DNA of 63,402 bases, from NCBI GenBank assembly GCA_049695975.1, contig JBAVTE010000024.1, forward strand, positions 1 to 63,402. Direction: 5' to 3'. Positions 1-6,017 of the stretch are shown piece after piece; the stretch's first letter is position 1, and each line of letters opens with the position of its first letter. Source of the DNA: Minisyncoccia bacterium. GTDB taxonomy: Bacteria; Patescibacteriota; Minisyncoccia; Phycocordibacterales; GWA1-40-21. The position numbers were made by a program, and so were the translations under genes. The notes beneath the pieces are model-generated. The model made no database searches, was not told the origin of the DNA, and worked only from the letters and a program-made list of their open reading frames with translations.

Positions 1-330
1 ACGGCGAAGCAAAACCAAAAATTTCCTTTCCATTTCTTTTTCCGCTTCGCGGTGGAGGGGTGGGGGGAGGAGACGCGAGAAAAATGCAAGGAAATTTTTT
101 GGTTTTTGCACACGCGAGTCCGCGAGCGTGTCCGAGGCGCATTGGTTCGCATCACCACGCAATCGGAGCGTACGAGGCAGTTTCAAGTCACCACGCGCTC
201 CGCGCGTGCGAAGTGGGTTCGCGCAAAGGTTAATACATCACCGCCAGTTGGGAAATGTGGTAAGGATGGTCCTTGCTATTTGTGTTATTCTATTTGTTTT
301 CGATCCATGCATTGATGAGTTCAAGAAGCA
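1..330. other. G+C-rich non-coding block. Its left edge is a truncated copy of the GAGCGAMGGCGAA repeat family.
   Basis: Composition is visibly much more G+C-rich than the rest of the window. The window starts with ACGGCGAAGC, the 3' part of the motif seen at 26616, 41586 and 59911(rc). Bases 9-26 (GCAAAACCAAAAATTTCC) pair with 90-109 (GGAAATTTTTTGGTTTTTGC). The only ORFs here are overlapping Arg-rich shadows. Confidence 0.4.
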
Positions 331-356
331 TTTTTTGATTACCATCTTGATACAAG

Positions 357-365
357 TGATATAAT
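357..365 (+). promoter_or_regulatory. Extended -10 element TGATATAAT, 6 nt upstream of the GTG at 372 (leaderless arrangement)
   Basis: TGATATAAT at 357-365, a possible -35 TTGATT at 335-340, and the start codon 6 nt downstream. Confidence 0.55.
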
Positions 366-371
366 ATTCAA

Positions 372-890
372 GTGACCAGGAAAAAAGAAATAAAGGTAAA
401 TAATAAAATGCAGACTGGTTATAAATATAATCTGACTGCTAGAGAAGGTAAGGATTTTGATCCACGCTTCAAGCCAGCCCTCACCCCAAAGCAAATGCTA
501 ACTCTGGGTGTATTTGGCGGGCGTTATTTGCGTGATTGCCTGTCTGAATATCCAGTGAGTTGGTTTGTTAAAGCAAAGTTTCATCCGGAAGGCTTGCCGG
601 GACATGATAAGAAATTGAATTATTTTGGTGTGGATGCTTCACAGCCACTTCTGGTCTGGCAGAAAAAAAGTTGGATAAATCCTCAAGATCCTCGCGGTTG
701 GTTTGAATGGTATTGCCGATATTTTCTTGGTCGTCGAACTGCTGATGATGACAGGCAGATAAAACGCTTCCTGGCTATGTGCCGTCATGTCAGCCAGCTT
801 AAAAAGAACTGCCGTCCTGGTGATATTTTTTGCCGTCCCCGCCAACGCCAAGCTCTCCTTCACTGGGCTTATGATAGCCGCAAGATTTGA
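372..890 (+). CDS. Conserved hypothetical protein with a W/R-rich core (DPRGWFEWYCRYFLGRR). Its 3' end is the repeat unit of the downstream cassette array.
   Basis: 172-aa ORF, visibly G+C-richer than its neighbours. The GTG start sits 6 nt after the extended -10. I cannot assign a named family from memory. An alternative ATG is at 408. Confidence 0.7.
   Translation: MTRKKEIKVNNKMQTGYKYNLTAREGKDFDPRFKPALTPKQMLTLGVFGGRYLRDCLSEYPVSWFVKAKFHPEGLPGHDKKLNYFGVDASQPLLVWQKKSWINPQDPRGWFEWYCRYFLGRRTADDDRQIKRFLAMCRHVSQLKKNCRPGDIFCRPRQRQALLHWAYDSRKI
820..890 (+). repeat. R1: intact reference copy of the cassette-boundary repeat (codons GDIFCRPRQRQALLHWAYDSRKI*)
   Basis: Direct alignment with 2099-2169, 2856-2925 and 4002-4064. 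Confidence 0.9.
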
Positions 891-977
891 TTTAAAAAGC
901 TAAAACGGCGTGAATTTGGTCAAAAAGTGACCCAAATTCACGCTATACCTAGCCGTCAACGTCGTATGTTGACGGGT

Positions 978-1002
978 GATTATTTTGTCTGAAAGAATGG
1001 TG
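978..1002 (+). repeat. M motif (GATTATTTTGTCTGAAAGAATGG), second half of the boundary repeat. Here it is separated from R1 by an 87-88-bp insert.
   Basis: The same motif directly abuts the stop codon in the copy at 4063-4087. It recurs at 4846-4872 and, truncated, at 5926-5952. Confidence 0.8.
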
Positions 1003-1017
1003 GCTGACCCCATTTTC

Positions 1018-1959
1018 CTAAATATTTTTTAGATACTCCTGTGCTTTTTCTAATACAACATCGCGATTCCCATTATTATCAGGTATTACAGCGATTGGTA
1101 TATCTGGTTCTATCCCAACACCTTCTAAAGACTGTCCATCATTTCTGTACATTCTCCATGTGGATACTCTCAAGGTAAATTCTTTGTCTCCCAAATGTAA
1201 ACTGAAAGCTTTTGGGTTACCAGATCCACCGCCAGTTGTTTGTCCAATTGTTATAGCTTTTCCAGTATCTTTTAACATCAAAATAAACATTTCATTCGAG
1301 CTTAGACATTTTGAGTCAGTTAGGATTACTACTTTTTTGTCCAAATATGTTTCGCCAGGTTCAATATTAAATGCTTCTTCGACTAATTCTGTTGAATCTG
1401 ATTTTTTACGTAAAACAGTACAAAATTGTATTTTTTTATCTATAAAGTGTCTAGCAAGACTTTCTGCCAAATTACTATTTCCTCCACCATTCTCTCTGAC
1501 ATCAATAATAATACTCTCACTTTCTGTGAGTTTGTTGAGTTCTTCCTCGACTAGCTCTGCTACATTTTTATCATCAACTTTAACATGATTACTCCAGCTC
1601 AATATTTTTAAATATCCAATATTGTTGGACAACATCATACTTTCTACTGGTTTTTGTTTTCTTTCTGGTCCTTTCTCACTATCAGATTTAATTTTTGGTA
1701 GATTTTCTTTTAAATCAGCGTGACTATTTTTTAGTGTAGAAATAATTTGTTGAATCTTTTTTACAAGTTCATTAGTATTAGGGGTGTTTTCATCATCTTC
1801 TAATAATGAATCAAATTTTCTTAAAAAAACTTCTCTTTCTTCATCTGATAAAAAAGGAAAAGTATCGCCTATATCATTTTTGATGGTGTTTATAAAATTA
1901 AGATTTTCTGCACTCTTAATATTTTCTTGTTTTACTGATTCTTGCTCAATTTTTTCCAT
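1018..1959 (-). CDS. S41-family (C-terminal processing / tail-specific protease-like) serine peptidase, with no obvious signal peptide
   Basis: IIDVRENGGGNS and TDSKCLSSNEMF...GQTTGGGSGNP motifs resemble the peptidase S41 core. The start is taken at the ATG at 1959, which lies 6 nt after TGTTATAAT on the minus strand. Confidence 0.65.
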   Translation of the reverse strand: MEKIEQESVKQENIKSAENLNFINTIKNDIGDTFPFLSDEEREVFLRKFDSLLEDDENTPNTNELVKKIQQIISTLKNSHADLKENLPKIKSDSEKGPERKQKPVESMMLSNNIGYLKILSWSNHVKVDDKNVAELVEEELNKLTESESIIIDVRENGGGNSNLAESLARHFIDKKIQFCTVLRKKSDSTELVEEAFNIEPGETYLDKKVVILTDSKCLSSNEMFILMLKDTGKAITIGQTTGGGSGNPKAFSLHLGDKEFTLRVSTWRMYRNDGQSLEGVGIEPDIPIAVIPDNNGNRDVVLEKAQEYLKNI

Positions 1960-1965
1960 ATAAAT

Positions 1966-1974
1966 ATTATAACA
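1966..1974 (-). promoter_or_regulatory. Extended -10 TGTTATAAT (minus strand), 6 nt upstream of the ATG at 1959
   Basis: The reverse complement of 1966-1974 reads TGTTATAAT, followed by ATTTAT and then ATG. Confidence 0.55.
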
Positions 1975-2098
1975 TGTCCAAAAGATAATATTAGTAAAAA
2001 TGGAAATGGGACTAATAGAGACAGGTCGTAGCAAAGTGACGACCCGTCTTTTCTTTTCAGCGGCAACTATTCTTTATGCAAGACCTAAAGAATTTTTA

Positions 2099-2169
2099 GT
2101 GATATTTTTTGCCGTCCACGAGAGCGCCAAGCTCTTCTCCACTGGGCTTATGATACTCGGAAGATTTGA
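2099..2169 (+). repeat. R2: second copy of the gene-tail repeat (reads DIFCRPRERQALLHWAYDTRKI* in the ancestral frame)
   Basis: Seven codons differ from R1. Five changes are synonymous and two are conservative (Q>E, S>T). Confidence 0.9.
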
Positions 2170-2194
2170 TTGTATTTTGTTTATATAGTTCGCA

Positions 2195-2203
2195 TGATAT
2201 AAT
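2195..2203 (+). promoter_or_regulatory. Extended -10 TGATATAAT, 6 nt upstream of the GTG at 2210
   Basis: Same nonamer and same spacing as at 357-365. Confidence 0.55.
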
Positions 2204-2209
2204 TTCGAC

Positions 2210-2698
2210 GTGAATAAAATAAATATCTATATTGATGGTAATAACTTATACCGATCAGCCAAAGAACTGGGTTTTGAAATTGATTATAAAAAGTTTAGGG
2301 GCTGGCTTCGTCAGAAATATAATCCGGCCATCGTTTACTTATTTATTGGTCTAGTACCAGAGAGGGTAAAATTTTACGAACATCTACAAAGTTGTGGTTA
2401 TATTTTGGTTTTTAAACAAACCGTGTCTGTTGGAGAAAAAGTAAAAGGTAACTGTGATGCCGAATTAGTATTAAAAGCTACTTCAGATTTTTATGAAAAA
2501 TCTTTTTCTTCTTGTGTTTTAATTACTGGTGATGGAGATTTTGGTTGCTTGGTAGAATTTTTAAAAGAAAAGAAATCTATGAGCCAGATTATTGCTCCAG
2601 ATAAAAAGAAATGTTCTTTTTTACTCAGAAATAAAAATACGGAGATTACTTTTTTGAACGAACATTATCATAAATTTTCAACCAAGATTAAGCCCTAA
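2210..2698 (+). CDS. NYN-domain (LabA/PIN-like) putative ribonuclease
   Basis: N-terminal INIYIDGNNLY and C-terminal ITGDGDFGCLV motifs are typical of NYN/LabA-like domains. Confidence 0.65.
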   Translation: MNKINIYIDGNNLYRSAKELGFEIDYKKFRGWLRQKYNPAIVYLFIGLVPERVKFYEHLQSCGYILVFKQTVSVGEKVKGNCDAELVLKATSDFYEKSFSSCVLITGDGDFGCLVEFLKEKKSMSQIIAPDKKKCSFLLRNKNTEITFLNEHYHKFSTKIKP

Positions 2699-2855
2699 AA
2701 GAAAAAGCCCCCAATGCAGACGAATCTGCATCAGGGTCTCCTTCATAGTGATGCAGAGATTATAACATAGTTTATTGAATTTATGCAATAGGTTCAAATC
2801 TATTGAAAATCAGACAAATTAACCTTTATAAAATAAGGTTAATTTGTCACCGCGC

Positions 2856-2925
2856 TGATATTTTCTGACGTCCACGAGAGCGTCAAGCTCTCCTTCACTG
2901 GGCTTATGATGCTCGGAAGATTTGA
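2856..2925 (+). repeat. R3: third copy of the gene-tail repeat (DIF*RPRERQALLHWAYDARKI*), with Cys TGC changed to TGA
   Basis: Alignment with R1 and R2. A 13-bp perfect hairpin at 2813-2847 lies just upstream. Confidence 0.9.
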
Positions 2926-2972
2926 TGATGGAGCATGGAGGGTGGCTTTTGTTTGGTGAAAAGGAAGTGGTG

Positions 2973-2981
2973 TGGTAAAGT
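2973..2981 (+). promoter_or_regulatory. Extended -10-like TGGTAAAGT, 6 nt upstream of the ATG at 2988
   Basis: Same geometry as the other cassette genes. Confidence 0.45.
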
Positions 2982-2987
2982 TTAAAT

Positions 2988-3971
2988 ATGGAAAATGAAG
3001 AATTATACCGAGCAACCAGTGAAGCCATTGATTCAGAACCACTGAAGGGTCTAGGCTTAAAATTGATTGGAATTGGAGCTGAAAAAATTGTATTTGAAAC
3101 TCCTGGCAGTAAAAGAAAGATTATAAAAGTTAGTATTGATGAAGTTATGTTTGCGTTAGCCAAAATATTAGGGCTTGTACCAAAAGATCAAGAGCGTTAC
3201 TACTCACTTTCATCCATAATCGCTGAACATAAAATTATTGAAGAGGACCTTAAAGAGGTTTTTGGAACAGAACATCTATTAAGAAATGGTGTTTTTAAAG
3301 CAAAAATACCGCTGCCTAAAAATGTTGTTATCGAACTATTTAAAAATAGTCGCATGGGTCAAATTGTCACTAACATGCTAGATAATAGGGAAGACGATGC
3401 CACTTTTGAAGTTGAGGTATTAGTTGAAACTCAAACCAAAGCAGAAGAATTAAGTGATCCGGAAAAATATAAAACAAGAGATTTTAGTACAGATCTGATT
3501 ATTAGCGATGAATTTCGTGGTGCTAAAGATATTCCCCAGGCGCTAGTTTTGGCTGAGCAGATGATAAACGAACGATTCCTTGATAATTTTGATGAAGACC
3601 TTAAGGATGTAAAATATATTGAAATTATTAGAGAAATTTTAACTAAAATTATTCAGTTTACAAAACGTACAGGACAAATGCTTGATATCTTTGGTCCAAA
3701 CAATATTACGATTTTTACAAAAGAAGACGGTTCTTTAGATTATCATTTACCAGATGTGATCCTCCCTGGGACACAAAGCCGTTGGTTTATAAATATAAAA
3801 GATGATCCGGAATATAATTTGCTAAGACATTATTATGTTTTCTATTACTCCATAAAAAGTTTGGGCGATAAACTTGGACTTGCAGATAATCTTGAACCGG
3901 ATGACCTTGTTTATTTTAAAGGTGCTGGCATTCCTACAAGTGGGCAGTTTCCAGATTCTACTGAGAGATAA
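2988..3971 (+). CDS. Atypical protein-kinase-like fold protein (orphan)
   Basis: GIGAEKIVFETPGSKRKIIKV looks like a Gly-rich loop followed by the VAIK lysine. LDIFGPNNITIF...LDYHLPDV looks like a D..N catalytic loop followed by a metal-binding Asp. Confidence 0.45.
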   Translation: MENEELYRATSEAIDSEPLKGLGLKLIGIGAEKIVFETPGSKRKIIKVSIDEVMFALAKILGLVPKDQERYYSLSSIIAEHKIIEEDLKEVFGTEHLLRNGVFKAKIPLPKNVVIELFKNSRMGQIVTNMLDNREDDATFEVEVLVETQTKAEELSDPEKYKTRDFSTDLIISDEFRGAKDIPQALVLAEQMINERFLDNFDEDLKDVKYIEIIREILTKIIQFTKRTGQMLDIFGPNNITIFTKEDGSLDYHLPDVILPGTQSRWFINIKDDPEYNLLRHYYVFYYSIKSLGDKLGLADNLEPDDLVYFKGAGIPTSGQFPDSTER

Positions 3972-4001
3972 GAATATATCAAATCAATCAAGGTCTCACC
4001 T

Positions 4002-4087
4002 TGATACTTTTTCCGTGAGCGCCAAGCTCTTCTCCACTGGGCTTATGATAGCCGTAAGATTTGATTATTTTGTCTGAAAGAATGGGG
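4002..4087 (+). repeat. R4+M: fourth copy (FFRERQALLHWAYDSRKI*), lacking the CRP codons, directly followed by the M motif
   Basis: Alignment with R1-R3. The stop TGA at 4062-4064 overlaps the start of GATTATTTTGTCTGAAAGAATGGGG. Confidence 0.9.
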
Positions 4088-4111
4088 ATAAACCTGTTTT
4101 AAAAAATAACA

Positions 4112-4120
4112 TGGTACAAT
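4112..4120 (+). promoter_or_regulatory. Extended -10 TGGTACAAT, 6 nt upstream of the ATG at 4127
   Basis: TGGTACAAT, then ATAATT, then ATG. Confidence 0.55.
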
Positions 4121-4126
4121 ATAATT

Positions 4127-4819
4127 ATGGGTATAAAGAAAAAAATTATGAACATTATATTAATAATTATCGGGGTTGTATTGGTTGGATGGTTTCTCTA
4201 TAGCTGGCTTTCGGTCCTTAATATTGAAGAGCCAAAGTATAAAATTGTAAGTGAGGCAAGTGGCTATGAGATACGAGAATATACATCTTACATTGTCGCT
4301 GAAACTACTGTTAGCAGTGCAGAGAACAGAGACGATGCGGTGAGAATAGGCTTTCCTATAATCGCCGGCTATATCTTTGGCGACAATACAAAAAAAGACA
4401 AGATTGCCATGACTGCACCGGTTAATACCGAAGAGAGTACTTCAGAGAAGATCGCCATGACGGCGCCAGTGAATACAGAGAAAATAGCGATGACCGTGCC
4501 GGTAAATACCCAGGAAGAAGCAGGTAGTGGCGCATACAAGATTTCCTTTGTTATGCCAAGTAAATACACACTTGAGACTTTGCCCGAGCCAAATGATAAG
4601 CGGGTAGTATTGCGAGAAGTGCCGGCGCGCAAGCTCGCGGTGCGAAGGTTTAGTTGGACGAATAGTGAATCTGCTTTTAAAAAACACGAGGCAGAACTTT
4701 TGGAAGCACTTAGGCGTGATGATGTTCTGACCGTTGGTGTTGTGAATGTGGCGCGCTACAACACGCCGTGGACAATACCGTTTATGCTTCGCAATGAAGT
4801 GCAGATAGAGGTAAAGTAG
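4127..4819 (+). CDS. SOUL/HEBP-family heme-binding-like protein with an N-terminal TM anchor
   Basis: EEPKYKIV..YEIREY, and the IAMTAPV motif present three times (KIAMTAPVNTE x3). The 3' half is visibly G+C-rich. Confidence 0.7.
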   Translation: MGIKKKIMNIILIIIGVVLVGWFLYSWLSVLNIEEPKYKIVSEASGYEIREYTSYIVAETTVSSAENRDDAVRIGFPIIAGYIFGDNTKKDKIAMTAPVNTEESTSEKIAMTAPVNTEKIAMTVPVNTQEEAGSGAYKISFVMPSKYTLETLPEPNDKRVVLREVPARKLAVRRFSWTNSESAFKKHEAELLEALRRDDVLTVGVVNVARYNTPWTIPFMLRNEVQIEVK

Positions 4820-4827
4820 TTAATAAT

Positions 4828-4872
4828 TTGATACCTGGGAGATTTGATTGTTTTTGTCTGAAAGAATGGGGG
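4828..4872 (+). repeat. R5: internally deleted boundary repeat (TTGATACC..GGGAGATTTGATTGTTTTTGTCTGAAAGAATGGGGG)
   Basis: It keeps the TTGATAC left end seen in R4, the GATTTGA stop region and the M motif. Confidence 0.75.
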
Positions 4873-4917
4873 AGGAATCAATTTTTTTATAGCTTTTCCT
4901 GTATTTAGAAGAATATA

Positions 4918-5838
4918 TTATTTATTGTCATGGTGTGCATTCAAATTTTCTATATGTTGAGAAGGAGAAATATTTAATGTCTGACACATGTATGATAATT
5001 TTCCTATAATTAGGTGAAGTTTTTCTTCAGATATTTTATTTTGATTAAACTTTTGTATACTTTTAATTAATTCTCTAGGGTGAATAATATTTTCTATAAT
5101 AGGTGTTTTAAGTTCACAAGAATCCATAAAGACGACAATACTTTCAAAACTATCTTTATTTACGAAAGGTATTAAATCTTGCAAAGCAATAATATGCGAA
5201 TAATTTTGTCTAATCGGGTTTTGAAATTGAAATTTTTTCTCTCCACCTGGTAATGACTGGGTCCAGTTTTCTTTATCTTTACTACCAAAAATCCATCCCT
5301 TATAATCCTTACTCTCGATAACAAAAATACCAAATTTTGATACCACCAAGTGGTCTATCTGTGACGAACCATTAAGAGTTGAAGGAATTGTGAGATTGTT
5401 AAATATAAAATAATCTTTATAACTCAACCCCTCCGAAAGAATATGCGCTACTTCTTGTTCACCAGCAGTAAGTCCTTCCATATAACATTTACATCCGTGT
5501 TTTTCACTATTTATTTCAGCAATCTGTTCCTTAGTAATGTTTGGATTGTTAAGTCCTACGGCCGTCGAATTATTAGATTTTTTGTATCTTCTAAAGGTAA
5601 AAACAATAATTACAATAGCTATTGCTAATATAAATAATAACCCCGGATTTATCTTTGATGAAATGAGTAAAATAATATAATAGCTACCTAAAAGTATAAA
5701 AAACCATTTCCAAAAATTAAAAGAATTATTATAAGAACCGTAAGATTTATGATGGTAGTAATAATTTGGTTTACTGTAATTACGAAAATAGTAAGGTGAA
5801 TAATAACGACGTCTTCGGTAATTATGATAATAACTCAT
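4918..5838 (-). CDS. NERD-domain (nuclease-related) protein with a Tyr/Arg/Asn-rich N-terminus and two TM helices
   Basis: QIDHLVVSKFGIFVIESKDYKGWIFG matches the NERD core. The N-terminal 45 aa are about one third Tyr. Confidence 0.65.
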   Translation of the reverse strand: MSYYHNYRRRRYYSPYYFRNYSKPNYYYHHKSYGSYNNSFNFWKWFFILLGSYYIILLISSKINPGLLFILAIAIVIIVFTFRRYKKSNNSTAVGLNNPNITKEQIAEINSEKHGCKCYMEGLTAGEQEVAHILSEGLSYKDYFIFNNLTIPSTLNGSSQIDHLVVSKFGIFVIESKDYKGWIFGSKDKENWTQSLPGGEKKFQFQNPIRQNYSHIIALQDLIPFVNKDSFESIVVFMDSCELKTPIIENIIHPRELIKSIQKFNQNKISEEKLHLIIGKLSYMCQTLNISPSQHIENLNAHHDNK

Positions 5839-5844
5839 CTTGAA

Positions 5845-5853
5845 ATCTTACCA
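5845..5853 (-). promoter_or_regulatory. Extended -10 TGGTAAGAT (minus strand), 6 nt upstream of the ATG at 5838
   Basis: The reverse complement of 5845-5853 reads TGGTAAGAT, followed by TTCAAG and then ATG. Confidence 0.5.
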
Positions 5854-5925
5854 TACTTTTTGACTGATAACAATTTTAAAGATTCGGTTGCATCTTTAAA
5901 ATTAATTATAGATAAAATATGTCCC

Positions 5926-5952
5926 TGATACCTTTTTCTAAAGAATGGGGCA
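5926..5952 (+). repeat. R6: most degraded boundary repeat (TGATACCTTTTTCTAAAGAATGGGG)
   Basis: It retains the TGATAC left end and the AAAGAATGGGG right end of R4 and R5. Confidence 0.6.
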
Positions 5953-6002
5953 GGAGGCTGTTTTTTCTCTACGCAAGTGGGCTATAAATATGGAGTATTT
6001 TG

Positions 6003-6011
6003 TGCTAAGAT
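6003..6011 (+). promoter_or_regulatory. Extended -10 TGCTAAGAT, 6 nt upstream of the ATG at 6018
   Basis: TGCTAAGAT, then TTGTTT, then ATG. Confidence 0.5.
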
Positions 6012-6017
6012 TTGTTT

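Noticed and set aside
52-364. Two overlapping ORFs (87 and 78 aa) in the G+C-rich block at the window start
   Set aside because: They overlap each other in different frames and are Arg/Gly/Val-rich, as expected from translating G+C-rich non-coding DNA. They have no promoter/start geometry like the real genes nearby, and they coincide with long-range RNA-like pairing.
1160-1588. 142-aa ORF antisense to the S41 peptidase gene
   Set aside because: It is a shadow ORF inside a well-supported gene, with a low-complexity Ser/Leu-rich translation.
2000-2188. ORFs 2000-2188 and 3874-4077 that read through repeat copies R2 and R4 (…SAKLFSTGLMI…)
   Set aside because: They are in a different frame from the one in which the repeat is conserved (…ALLHWAYD.RKI*). 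They have no start/promoter module and exist only because the repeat lacks stops in that frame.
820-5952. The direct repeats might be a CRISPR array
   Set aside because: Repeat spacing is 0.7-1.2 kb with a full gene between copies, not 25-40-bp spacers. The repeats are about 70 bp, decay progressively and are derived from a coding gene's tail. No cas genes are present.
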